Assembly: GCA_030535355.1 (NCBI GenBank)
Contig: JAUNIO010000011.1
Location: 399-64,398, forward strand
Direction of reading: 5' to 3'
Origin: a bacterium
GTDB taxonomy: Bacteria > Vulcanimicrobiota > Xenobia > Xenobiales > Xenobiaceae
DNA: 64,000 nt
Part shown: piece by piece, positions 45,286 to 54,367 of the stretch
Layout: each line of letters begins with the position of its first letter
Numbering within the stretch: position 1 is the first letter of the stretch
Made by a program: the position numbers and the translations under genes
Notes under the pieces: generated by a model
Database searches by the model: none
What the model was told of the DNA's origin: nothing
The model's input: only the letters and a program-made list of their open reading frames with translations

Positions 45286-46845
45286 ATGAGCACATACAGT
45301 CCCGATCTCAGCCTGCAGATTGATTTAAAACAAACCAATATCAACGATCTCTCTACCAATTTAAACGACCTCATTTCTGCCAGCGGCGGCCAGGGCGGCA
45401 TCCTGACCACCTGGGGCAGCGAGAACCCTGAACAGCCCCAGTTTGTAACTTGCGGTGTGCCGATTCAGTCCAAGGAAAGCCTGTGCGCCGAACTGGCCAG
45501 CTTCGCGCCCGAAATCGCCAGCGGGGATTTAGCAGCGATAAGCGAACTGCAGTGCCGCTTTGAGACTGAGGCTATCCGGGAAAAATTAGGGGGGCTAAAC
45601 GCTGTCGTCATACCGGTGGTGGCGTCAGGCAAGCCTCTGGGCATGTTCTGCCTGCTTCACCGCGGCGAAGTGCCGGGGTTTGTCAAAGAATCCCCACAAA
45701 TATACAATTTAGTAGCCGACCACTTAGACGTAGTACTCAACAATGCCGCTCTGCTGCAAAAGTTGCTGCGCGATCGGCTTTGGTACGAATCGCTGCTGCG
45801 CAACGCCAAAGACGGCATAGTCGTGGTCAACATGGAAGGCAAAATAGTTGGCGTCAACGAGGCTTTAGAAAAGCTAAGCGGATGGAAAGTCTCCGAAATT
45901 GTCGGGCAGCCCTATTATAAAATTTTTCCGCTGCAATTCACCCAAGCCCGAGGCACACACGGCCAAAAGCAGAACAGCCTGGCGCTGAGCAAGAGCAAGA
46001 ATATCTTGGACTTTGCGATCTTCCAAGACCCTCTCGAAGGGGAGCTGACAGCCCGTTCCGGAATGGTTATCGATGTAGAAGTCAGCGGGGTTACCGTAAG
46101 CGACAGGCGCAATAAAATCTGCGGATGGTTTATGGTCCTGCGCGACATTACGCGGCGCAAAGAATTAGAGCGGATGGGGAAAATATTTCTCTCCGCCATG
46201 TCGCACGAATTGCAGACTCCCATCGCGGTCATCAAAGGCTTCGCTGGCCTGCTCAGCGATCCCGAATTGGAATTATCCCCTGAGGTCATTCGAGAAAAAG
46301 CCGCAGTCATTTACGACGAAGGCGACCGTCTGCAAAAAATGGTCCGGCAGATGCTGGAGGCTACTTCCATCCAGGCAGGCGGCATCAAACTGCATTGCGA
46401 AGCTGTCAGCCTAGGCGAGCTCATCGAACGGGCCCTGCGCCGTTTCGAAGCGATGGCCGCGCAAAAACAAGTGACTATCACGGCTAATTACCCCGAGGGA
46501 CTGCCGGCCGTCTGGGGAGACCCATCCCGCATTGAGCAGGTTTTGACCAACCTCATCGAGAATGCTCTAAAACACGGGGCGGGGGGATATATTGAAATCA
46601 GCGCGGCAGAGGAGTATTCCAGCATCTTAGTGCGCGTCAGCGACTGCGGCCCGGGCATTGCCAAAGATGAACAGGGAAGAATTTTCGGTATGTTTCAGCG
46701 CGGATCGGAAACAAAAGTGCGCGGCAGCGGTTTAGGCCTATTTATCGCCCAGGCAATTATCGAAGCTCACGGAGGGCGCATCGGCGTGGAAACCGCCCCA
46801 TCTGGCGGGGCTTGCTTTTATTTCAGCCTTCCCAAAGAACAGTAA
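45286..46845 (+). CDS. Cytoplasmic PAS sensor histidine kinase
   Basis: PAS 'DGIVVVNMEGKIVGVN'; H-box 'SHELQTP'; N-box 'NLIENALKH'; 'DCGPGI', 'GSGLGL'; no TM segment. Confidence 0.92.
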   Translation: MSTYSPDLSLQIDLKQTNINDLSTNLNDLISASGGQGGILTTWGSENPEQPQFVTCGVPIQSKESLCAELASFAPEIASGDLAAISELQCRFETEAIREKLGGLNAVVIPVVASGKPLGMFCLLHRGEVPGFVKESPQIYNLVADHLDVVLNNAALLQKLLRDRLWYESLLRNAKDGIVVVNMEGKIVGVNEALEKLSGWKVSEIVGQPYYKIFPLQFTQARGTHGQKQNSLALSKSKNILDFAIFQDPLEGELTARSGMVIDVEVSGVTVSDRRNKICGWFMVLRDITRRKELERMGKIFLSAMSHELQTPIAVIKGFAGLLSDPELELSPEVIREKAAVIYDEGDRLQKMVRQMLEATSIQAGGIKLHCEAVSLGELIERALRRFEAMAAQKQVTITANYPEGLPAVWGDPSRIEQVLTNLIENALKHGAGGYIEISAAEEYSSILVRVSDCGPGIAKDEQGRIFGMFQRGSETKVRGSGLGLFIAQAIIEAHGGRIGVETAPSGGACFYFSLPKEQ

Positions 46846-46878
46846 ATAATATTAAGCTTTTGACTAAGGAGATGTGCA

Positions 46879-47589
46879 ATGGCCAGCGATAATGAATTCA
46901 AAGGACGGCGGCTGGTAGCAGTTGAAGACGAGCCTCACGTACTGGATTTAATTAGGACTACTTTAGAAAGCGCGGGATTCATCGTTTCCGCTGCCATGAC
47001 CGGCAAAGAGGGCATCCAGCGCATTCGCAACGAACTGCCTGATTTAGCGCTGCTCGATGTCAATCTTCCCGATATGACAGGCTTCCAAGTCTTGGAAGAC
47101 GTGCGCAAATCGCTGGGCATTCCCTGCATTATGCTGACCGTGCAAGATGATGAAGATTCCCGGGTGCGTGGCCTGGAACTGGGGGCGGACGACTACATCG
47201 GCAAACCCTTCGGGCACCGCGAGCTGGTCAGCAGGGTTAAAGCTGTGCTGCGCCGCTCCGAAGCGCCGGCCCCTTTAGCCCGCAACCTGGTAACCGTCGA
47301 TGACCGTCTCAGCGTGGATTTCGATCACCGCAAAGTCATCGTAGGCGGGGAAGAAGTGCATCTGCGCCCCACTGAATATAAACTGCTCCATCACTTCATC
47401 AATAATCCCGGGAAGCTGCTTTCCCACGAAAACCTGCTCTCCAAAGTATGGGGGCCGGAATACCGCGACGATACCCAATTATTGCGCCTGTACGTCAACT
47501 ATCTGCGCAAAAAAATCGAAGCCGACCCAGCCAATCCCCGCTACATTTTTAACGAGCGCGGCATAGGTTACCGCTTTACGGAATATTAA
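46879..47589 (+). CDS. OmpR/KdpE family response regulator
   Basis: 'VEDE', 'LLDVNLPDMTG', 'GADDYIGKPF', winged helix 'LRLYVNYLRKKIE', 'RGIGYRF'. Confidence 0.94.
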   Translation: MASDNEFKGRRLVAVEDEPHVLDLIRTTLESAGFIVSAAMTGKEGIQRIRNELPDLALLDVNLPDMTGFQVLEDVRKSLGIPCIMLTVQDDEDSRVRGLELGADDYIGKPFGHRELVSRVKAVLRRSEAPAPLARNLVTVDDRLSVDFDHRKVIVGGEEVHLRPTEYKLLHHFINNPGKLLSHENLLSKVWGPEYRDDTQLLRLYVNYLRKKIEADPANPRYIFNERGIGYRFTEY

Positions 47590-47627
47590 AACAGCCCATC
47601 ACAGCTTCACGCCACTGAGGATTTGCC

Positions 47628-48311
47628 ATGGAAGAAAACTGGTTAAACGACGATTACGTGCGCTATTATAACAATTCCTATCAAACTCCGCAGGAGGAAT
47701 TTGCCGCGTACTTAAAACTTTTGAGCATCAGTTCTGAAGACACCGTATTGGATTTGGGCTGCGGCAACGGCGATTTCCTAGAACTAGCTGCTCCCGAGAC
47801 AAAATGCGCCATAGGCGTGGACATCTCCCCGCTGCAGGTCAGCTTAGCCAACGAGCGTCTGCGCCAATTTCCCCACGCCACGGCGATCTGTACGGACTTC
47901 GTCAGCTGCGCGGCTGCTCTGCGGCAGCAAAACGGACTTCCTCCCATAACCGCAATTTTTTCCCGCAAAGCCCTGCATCATCTGACCGACCCGGAAAAAC
48001 ACGCAATGCTCCAGGCCCTAGCGCCGCTAATTGCGCCGGAGGCAAAACTGTACATAGAAGACGGCATCTTCTTCAAGTTTGAGCGCGGGCATATCCAAGA
48101 AAACATGAATGAGCTGCTGGAAGAATGCGCTCAGTATTACGGAAAAGCTTGGGAGCAAAAGCGCGGCGATCTGCTGAACTCTTTCCTGAATGAGCATCCC
48201 ACCGGCATCGGCTTTTGGACCCAGGAACTGGAAGCGATCGGATTTAAAGTAACCGAACTGCGCCCGCGCTCTTCCTTCTACGGCGGCATTTTGGCTAAAA
48301 AGAGCAAATAA
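47628..48311 (+). CDS. Class I SAM-dependent methyltransferase
   Basis: Motif I 'VLDLGCGNG', 'GVDIS', 'ALHHL'. Confidence 0.88.
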   Translation: MEENWLNDDYVRYYNNSYQTPQEEFAAYLKLLSISSEDTVLDLGCGNGDFLELAAPETKCAIGVDISPLQVSLANERLRQFPHATAICTDFVSCAAALRQQNGLPPITAIFSRKALHHLTDPEKHAMLQALAPLIAPEAKLYIEDGIFFKFERGHIQENMNELLEECAQYYGKAWEQKRGDLLNSFLNEHPTGIGFWTQELEAIGFKVTELRPRSSFYGGILAKKSK

Positions 48312-48388
48312 CCGCTCTCCTAGTCCACAAGTGAGCGGTTATTTACGAACTACTTAAGGGCTAACCGTCTATCGGCAGCATTTTCTTT
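48306..48388 (-). ncRNA. Orphan type I antitoxin-like sRNA (homolog of 52515-52592)
   Basis: Hairpin AAATAACCGCTC/GAGCGGTTATTT (48306-48344) plus AGGGCTAACCGTCTATCGGCAGCA, driven by a consensus minus-strand promoter; ends approximate. Confidence 0.65.
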
Positions 48389-48392
48389 ATCA

Positions 48393-48421
48393 ATTATAAA
48401 ACTTGTTATCTACTCTGTCAA
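48393..48421 (-). promoter_or_regulatory. Consensus sigma70 promoter on the minus strand
   Basis: TTGACA (48421-48416), 17-nt spacer, TATAAT (48398-48393). Confidence 0.8.
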
Positions 48422-48505
48422 TCTGCATTAAACGCGGCAGCCATAAACGCATAAATTGCATAGGAAAGCTAATCTCTGAAAAACAACGGAGTCAAGAATA
48501 TATTT

Positions 48506-49468
48506 ATGGAAAAAGTCGATTTGTTTGCGCCGGGATCGCTCGGCACCTGCTGGTACGGCAAATACCACTACATGGAGCCATGGGTGGGCTGCGGCCACTC
48601 CTGCCCCTACTGTTACGCGCGCAGCCGCCGCTCCGTGCACAACAGCCTGAAAGAGCTGAACGGCAAATTTGCCGAACCCACTCTGCAGATGCCCCGGCCC
48701 CAGCTGCTGAAAGCCATCGAAAAAGGCGTCAATAGCGGAGAGATGCACATTCTCAAGCTCTGCCGCTTCACAGACATCTTCACGCCCGGTTACGTGGCCG
48801 ATGGTCTCTCCTATGAGATTATGGAGATTTTAGCTAAGTCCAAGCTGGATCGGGTCATCATCACCACCAAGGGCGTACCCGATGAGCGCACGATAGAGCT
48901 ACTGGCCGCCAATCCTAAAATGTTCTCCTACAATGTTGCCGTCCACCCCGCCGGCATGTGGGCAGATTCCCCCATCAAAGGCCTAGATGCTCATCTGCTG
49001 GGCACAGCCCAGCGTTTAGAAGCAGCGGCCCAGGTACAAAAAGGCGGAGTTTTAACCACAGTGCATCTCGATCCCTTTGTGGCGTCCATCGACGACGATC
49101 CCCGGGCTTTACAACCCTTCTTGGAGGAACTGAAACGCTTGGGGCTTAAGCGGGTTATGTGGTCGTATCTGCTCTTATCCGGCGGCATTACCGCTTCCAT
49201 GTCCGAAGCGCTCTCCCCGCAGGTCTGGCAGGATTTACAGGACCGCTACGATTTGCTGGGCGCGCGGCAAATTCTGCCCACCCAGGACGATACTATTTCT
49301 TATGCTACCAAAGAACCTATCTTCTTAGAATCGGTCGATAAGGTCTATAACGCTCTCAAAGAAGGCGGCTTTGAATTCGTCATCTGCTCCCTGAAAAACG
49401 TGGAGACTCTGAAAAACCTCAAAAAATATCCTCTCAAAATGTTCTGCAATGGTCAATTCTACGCATAA
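48506..49468 (+). CDS. Radical SAM protein, spore-photoproduct-lyase-like N-terminus
   Basis: 'EPWVGCGHSCPYCYAR' CxxxCxxC motif; 'TD', 'ITTK', 'RLEA'; GGAG RBS. Confidence 0.85.
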   Translation: MEKVDLFAPGSLGTCWYGKYHYMEPWVGCGHSCPYCYARSRRSVHNSLKELNGKFAEPTLQMPRPQLLKAIEKGVNSGEMHILKLCRFTDIFTPGYVADGLSYEIMEILAKSKLDRVIITTKGVPDERTIELLAANPKMFSYNVAVHPAGMWADSPIKGLDAHLLGTAQRLEAAAQVQKGGVLTTVHLDPFVASIDDDPRALQPFLEELKRLGLKRVMWSYLLLSGGITASMSEALSPQVWQDLQDRYDLLGARQILPTQDDTISYATKEPIFLESVDKVYNALKEGGFEFVICSLKNVETLKNLKKYPLKMFCNGQFYA

Positions 49469-50747
49469 ACTGCTGGTCGCCAACGTCGAGGAAGCTCTGC
49501 CCCAAGACGATCTGCTTTTCAGCTATTATTACGGGGAAAAATCGGCGGGCATGTTTGCCCGCTTTCTGGCGGAGCTGCACCCCGGAGATATGCTTTTGGT
49601 GCCTTGGCGGCTAGACAGCGATTTCTGCGCTTATATGGATCGCCTCATAGGTTTAGGCAGCGAAACGGCCTACGTGGTCGATGCCGGCCTTACCGATTCG
49701 CGCCTGCTGGTCGATGCGGCTTTAGCCAACGATCACGCCATGGGCGTACTCCGCAGGTACTGCAGCCCTGAAGCGTGGCATATTGAAGCGTTCATGGAAA
49801 CGCCTACCGTGCTGCGCCTAGCCGAAGCTTTAGGGCTACCCCTGCAGGGCACAAATCCTAGCCTCATTAAAAGCGGGCTCATAGACAGCCTCAACGACAA
49901 GCTGTATTTTAAACATCTGGCGGAGAATGCTGGAATCCCAGTCGTCCCCGGGCACGCTGCCCACAATGCCATCGAATTGAACGCCGAGCTGCGCAATTGG
50001 GGAAAGCGCTTTCACCGCATCATGCTGCGCAAAACCAAATACGCGGGCGGAGCGGGCAATTTATCGGGTCCGGCCCGTATGCTGCAGGCCAAGATCAAAG
50101 ACTGGTACAACAGCGGCACTGTCATGGTCGAGCCCTTTTTAAACATTACCGAAGTCTCAGGGTCTTTAGTAAGCATCAGCGACAGCGGGACAGAATTGCT
50201 GGGCTGCGATCGGCAAATCTTTGAAAACGGCGGCTGGTGCGGTTTCACCGCTCCTTTCCGCACTCCCGGCGCGGAAGCTCTGTACAGGGAGTTCAACATA
50301 GAAGCCGTTTATGAAGGGGCTCTGAAGCTCGCGGAAATTGCCAGGGAGCGCGGTGCCCGGGGGCTGATGAATTTAGATTGGGCTTTTGTAGCCGGCCAGC
50401 ACGATAAGCCTGTGGTTTTAGAGTGCAATTTCCGGCGCAACGGTTTCGGTTACGTAGTAGAGTTCGCCAAGTCCTATTTCGGCAAGCGCTGGAATCGGCA
50501 GACTCTTTACTGCCGGGAATCCATTCCCTGCGGATTTCCTTCCTTCGAACGCCTCAGTATGCGCTTAAGCGAAGTAAAATGGCGCGGGGAAAAAGTTTTT
50601 ATAGATGCTCCGAACGCAGAGCGCGGGCTGATCATTACCAATCCTCCTCGCTCAGGAAAAACTTCGCTGGCCATATTCGGGCCCGATCAGCATTATATCT
50701 CCGAGGTCTGGCGCACGGTCAGCCCCATAATCGAGGGCAAGCTTTAG
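49449..50747 (+). CDS. preATP-grasp plus ATP-grasp ligase (PGM1-like peptide ligase family)
   Basis: 'RFLAELHPGDMLLVP...DFCAY', 'LNDKLYFKHLA', 'GGAGN', 'VEPF', 'GLMNLD', 'ECNFR'; overlaps the radical SAM stop by 20 nt. Confidence 0.72.
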   Translation: MVNSTHKLLVANVEEALPQDDLLFSYYYGEKSAGMFARFLAELHPGDMLLVPWRLDSDFCAYMDRLIGLGSETAYVVDAGLTDSRLLVDAALANDHAMGVLRRYCSPEAWHIEAFMETPTVLRLAEALGLPLQGTNPSLIKSGLIDSLNDKLYFKHLAENAGIPVVPGHAAHNAIELNAELRNWGKRFHRIMLRKTKYAGGAGNLSGPARMLQAKIKDWYNSGTVMVEPFLNITEVSGSLVSISDSGTELLGCDRQIFENGGWCGFTAPFRTPGAEALYREFNIEAVYEGALKLAEIARERGARGLMNLDWAFVAGQHDKPVVLECNFRRNGFGYVVEFAKSYFGKRWNRQTLYCRESIPCGFPSFERLSMRLSEVKWRGEKVFIDAPNAERGLIITNPPRSGKTSLAIFGPDQHYISEVWRTVSPIIEGKL

Positions 50748-50784
50748 CTGACGCGCCGGCTCGATCCCAGTTGTTGCTTAAACC

Positions 50785-52149
50785 ATGACAGAAATAAACC
50801 ACTCTAAAGAAGCGGGGCCAGTATCAGTCTGGAGTGAAAGGCTGGCCGTCGTTTTTTCCTTTATTTTAATCTTCGCCTTTAACTCCATCGACAACGCCAT
50901 AGCCCCTATGGTCGGTCCTATCAGCCAGCATTTTGGAGTTAGCGAAGCTCGGGCTTTATGGTTAATTTCGTTTTGTTCCGGCGGCACGGTAATCGGTCTC
51001 TTCTTCGGCCCTTCCCTGCTGCAGGCTGTTCCCGCTAAGCGCTGCCTAGCCTACGTGGTGGGCCTGCTCGCCGGGACTCAGGTTCTCTTTGCCCTGTCAG
51101 CAAGCTTTCCTCTGGCCAATGCTCTGCGCTGCCTGGCGGGTTTCAGCGCTGGGCTGGTAGCCTCAGTCATGTGGCAGCTGACCTTTCACGGCGTATCCAA
51201 AGCCTATTTTCCAGCGATGATCGCCGTTTTAATGTCCGCCCGCCCCCTGGCGACAGCGATAGGCGTACCGGCAGCCGGTTTAATGGCCTTTAATTTCAGC
51301 TGGCAGCTGCCGATTTGGATTATCGCGGCCCTCACCGCCATAAGCGGTTGGCTGCTCTACTATTTTTACCCCTCAGTTCCGGCTCGCCCTTCGGCAGCCG
51401 AACAGGCCGCACCCGCCCCGGCGGATGCCGAAGCAGCCGCAGAGAGCAGCGGCGCGAAAAAAGAGAATACCGGAGCGGCAAAAGAACAGTCCGAAAAGGA
51501 GTATGATGAACACGCAGCCGGGGCAGCTTCGCCCCAAAACGAGAAGTGCGGTCTGCTGATGCGCATCTTAAAACCGTACGGCACCGCTCTGGCCGCACCC
51601 TACGCCTGCGCCTATTATTTGGGCACGACCATCAACCGCATGGCTTATTTCGGTTTTTATTCGTTCTGCGGTATTTGGTTTGCCGAGCATTACGGCCTCA
51701 GCCTTAAGGATATCAGCTTCGCTTTGCTGATCATCGGAGTTACAGAAGCTGCCGTTAACTTCACCACCAACCGCATTATCAGCTGGCTGGGGCACAAAAC
51801 CACATTTCTCACCAGTTTAGGCCTATCGGCGCTGATCCTGCCTCTGTTCATCTTCGGAGGGTTAAGCCTCAAAGGAGCTGTAGCGTTAATCGCGGTCTTC
51901 ATGCTGTTAGACCGCATTTATTCCATGGCTCTAGTGATTAGCGTGCCCAAGATGTTCCCCATTGAGGGCGACATGACAGCTTTCGGCTCGCTCAATACTT
52001 TAACAGCTTGGGGCGCAATGTGCATCATCGCCTGGCTGCAGGGTCTGCTGGGAGGTTACGGCATCTCCTGTTTGGAGGGGCTGATTTTGGGCTGCTTCTT
52101 TGTGGGGGCCGCAGCTTTGATTTATGTACAAAAAAAGACGGTATTTTAA
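50785..52149 (+). CDS. MFS transporter (drug/H+ antiporter-like)
   Basis: Two bundles of hydrophobic helices; 'LRCLAGFSAG', 'SWQLPIW'; long charged central loop. Confidence 0.85.
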   Translation: MTEINHSKEAGPVSVWSERLAVVFSFILIFAFNSIDNAIAPMVGPISQHFGVSEARALWLISFCSGGTVIGLFFGPSLLQAVPAKRCLAYVVGLLAGTQVLFALSASFPLANALRCLAGFSAGLVASVMWQLTFHGVSKAYFPAMIAVLMSARPLATAIGVPAAGLMAFNFSWQLPIWIIAALTAISGWLLYYFYPSVPARPSAAEQAAPAPADAEAAAESSGAKKENTGAAKEQSEKEYDEHAAGAASPQNEKCGLLMRILKPYGTALAAPYACAYYLGTTINRMAYFGFYSFCGIWFAEHYGLSLKDISFALLIIGVTEAAVNFTTNRIISWLGHKTTFLTSLGLSALILPLFIFGGLSLKGAVALIAVFMLLDRIYSMALVISVPKMFPIEGDMTAFGSLNTLTAWGAMCIIAWLQGLLGGYGISCLEGLILGCFFVGAAALIYVQKKTVF

Positions 52150-52412
52150 TGACGCGTACTATCAAAGCAATGTAATTCTTTTAGAGCGCTGGGCACCAGT
52201 TTCCAAAGCGCAACGGCTTTTAACACACAAATCGGCCAGTAATAACAAACCAGTTATGAATTATATTTAAGATTGTAATTGCCCGGACGCTGTGCTAGTA
52301 TAGTTTCGGTGCTGCCATGACGGTAGACGGTTGCCCTCTCGGCGCAGAGGGCCTTTGACCCTCTGATTATTGAAAACCCGCCAGGGAAACTCAAGAAAGG
52401 AGGGCTAAAGAG

Positions 52413-52505
52413 ATGCTTACAGCTGAAAAAATGCTAACCATCTTGAGCTTCGGCTTGACTTGTTTTGGTATAGGGTTGGCGTTGGGTTTAGTCCTCGCTA
52501 ACTAA
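52413..52505 (+). CDS. 30-aa hydrophobic type I toxin (holin-like toxin family), not in the ORF track
   Basis: MLTAEKMLTILSFGLTCFGIGLALGLVLAN*; strong RBS AAAGGAGG; single TM helix. Confidence 0.8.
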   Translation: MLTAEKMLTILSFGLTCFGIGLALGLVLAN

Positions 52506-52514
52506 AGCAACTTA

Positions 52515-52592
52515 AAGCAAATGACCGTCCCCAGCCAAAGGTAACGGTCATTTGATGACATTACTTGAGGGCAACCGTCTATCGGTAGCACT
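52515..52592 (-). ncRNA. Convergent antisense antitoxin RNA
   Basis: Starts just downstream of a consensus minus-strand promoter and ends at hairpin CAAATGACCGT/ACGGTCATTTG (52518-52554); overlaps the toxin 3' UTR; ends approximate. Confidence 0.72.
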
Positions 52593-52597
52593 TTTTT

Positions 52598-52626
52598 ATT
52601 ATAAGCTCTGTTATAACCACTGTCAA
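52598..52626 (-). promoter_or_regulatory. Consensus sigma70 promoter for the antitoxin
   Basis: TTGACA (52626-52621), 17-nt spacer, TATAAT (52603-52598). Confidence 0.82.
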
Positions 52627-52856
52627 TTAGCGCAAACTAACGATTATGTTGGCCGCTATAGGATGTTATTTAATTAACGCTGAAGGCTCATGACTTAAGT
52701 TTGCAGCAGATTTTATAGCAGACGTTAGTATATAATTATAATATTATGATACAGCAACTTGCATAAGCAAAGTTAAGCCAAACAGCCAGAGAAAGCCCAA
52801 AAGCAAAACACTATATTCTGCAGGACAGTTTCCACAAAAAAATAAGTTAATACTTT

Positions 52857-53495
52857 ATGCTTGAAATATGGTGGATTCGTCACGGTACGACCGATTGGAA
52901 TACGGTAAAACGCTGGCAAGGTCACACCGACCTGCCCCTCAACGAAAATGGGCGTCAGCTTGCCCGGCTGTTAGCCCCCCGTTTAGAGGGCATTCCCTTC
53001 GACGAATGCTGGAGTTCCGATTTGCAGCGCAGCGCGGAAACCGCCCGCCTGGCCCTGCCCGGACGGGAAATAAAACTCGATGACCGCCTGCGCGAACTGC
53101 ACATGGGCGCTCTGGAAGGCAAGACCTGGAACGAGATCTCCCAGGAACTGCAGCAGGAAGTGAGCAACTGGTGGAAAGACCCGTATAACCGCCCCTTCCC
53201 CGGCGGCCCGGAATCTCTGCGCGACGTCTCCAACCGCGTAAAAGCCTGGCAGAGCGAACGCCCTAAAGAAGGACGCATCATCGTCTTTACCCACGGCGGA
53301 GTAATCCGCTGCTGCCTGTGGGATATTTTCGGTATGCCTACACCTGAGCATAACTGGACCATAGAACTGGACAATACCGGCATCGTGCGCATCCGCTACG
53401 CTGAAAGCTGCGCCACGCTGGTGTGCTTTAACGATGTGTCCCATATAAAAAACAGCTGGAATTTGCCTCCGGCACAAAGTCTGCCCTCAGGATGA
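52857..53495 (+). CDS. Histidine phosphatase superfamily protein (GpmB/CobC-like)
   Basis: 'IRHGTT', 'SSDLQRS', 'RLRELHMGALEG', 'FTHGGVI'. Confidence 0.9.
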   Translation: MLEIWWIRHGTTDWNTVKRWQGHTDLPLNENGRQLARLLAPRLEGIPFDECWSSDLQRSAETARLALPGREIKLDDRLRELHMGALEGKTWNEISQELQQEVSNWWKDPYNRPFPGGPESLRDVSNRVKAWQSERPKEGRIIVFTHGGVIRCCLWDIFGMPTPEHNWTIELDNTGIVRIRYAESCATLVCFNDVSHIKNSWNLPPAQSLPSG

Positions 53496-53619
53496 ATGAT
53501 CATAGAAAACGGCGCTTAGGAATTAGGCCCACAGCATAATACCATGTGCCTGAACGAGATCATTTACAGCATCATTTAATTGCTAACTAAATGAAATGTC
53601 AGCCAATCAAGGAGATAAC

Positions 53620-54342
53620 ATGTTCAAGTCTCTCAAAGCCCCCTTAGCGGTAACCGCCGCTTTAGCCCTCACCTGCATTGCCTGCGATCCTTCCACTACC
53701 AAAAACGATCCCGGCAGCAGCCAGCAGCCCCCTGCGGCCACTGCCGCTCCCGTGTCCGCCTCCGAAACAGCCAATAAATACGGCTTGGTTCCCTTTGACG
53801 ATGTCCACCAGGCCCCGGCCATTACCAAATCGGTAAAGGTCAATATGAGCACCGACGCCGGCAATTTGATCATCGAAGTCTATCCCGAAGCTGCTCCCAA
53901 CGCTGCGGAGCGCTTCCTCGAACTGGTGGAAAAGGGCTTCTACGATAATACTCCTATATTCCGCGTAGTTGACAACTTTGTAACTCAGTTCGGAATCAAC
54001 TGGCGTCCCGGCATGGCCGAATATAAAAATAAAAACTTCAACGACGACCCCAGTTACTTCAAACTGCTGCCCGGAACCTTAGCTTTCGCCAAGGCCGGCC
54101 CCAACACCAACAGCACTCAGGTCTTCATCAACTACAACGACAACAGCGCCCTGCGCGGCCAAGGTTTCACAACCTTCGCCCGCGTAATCGAAGGCTATGA
54201 GAACACCAAAAAATTTAAATCGGTCGGCGATCCCGGCATGGGCTTAGATCAGGAACGCCTCTGGGCTAACGGCGACAGCTATCTTAAGTCGCTCCGCGAA
54301 AAACCCAACATGATCATTAAAGCGGAAATTATCAAAGAATAA
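53620..54342 (+). CDS. Cyclophilin-type PPIase, predicted lipoprotein
   Basis: Start MFKSLK (AAGGAG RBS); lipobox-like 'CIAC'; 'APNAAERFLELVEKGFYDNTPIFRVV', 'AFAKAGPNTNSTQVFIN'. Confidence 0.85.
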   Translation: MFKSLKAPLAVTAALALTCIACDPSTTKNDPGSSQQPPAATAAPVSASETANKYGLVPFDDVHQAPAITKSVKVNMSTDAGNLIIEVYPEAAPNAAERFLELVEKGFYDNTPIFRVVDNFVTQFGINWRPGMAEYKNKNFNDDPSYFKLLPGTLAFAKAGPNTNSTQVFINYNDNSALRGQGFTTFARVIEGYENTKKFKSVGDPGMGLDQERLWANGDSYLKSLREKPNMIIKAEIIKE

Positions 54343-54367
54343 TCCGCTGACATCTCCCCAAAATAAA

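Larger units (their letters stand above)
52309..52597 (+). other. Type I toxin mRNA with long-range 5'-3' pairing
   Basis: GTGCTGCC...CGGTAGACGGTTGCCCTC (52309-52338) pairs with GAGGGCAACCGTCTATCGGTAGCAC (52567-52591), followed by TTTTTT; candidate -10 TATAGT at 52299-52304. Confidence 0.8.

Noticed and set aside
48403-48748. Alternative ORFs overlapping the radical SAM start as precursor peptides
   Set aside because: Out-of-frame or antisense overlaps with no RBS or recognisable leader/core pattern.
52413-52505. Small peptide as RiPP precursor for the radical SAM/ATP-grasp cluster
   Set aside because: Its hydrophobic TM sequence, separate promoter, end-paired mRNA and antisense promoter fit a type I toxin much better.
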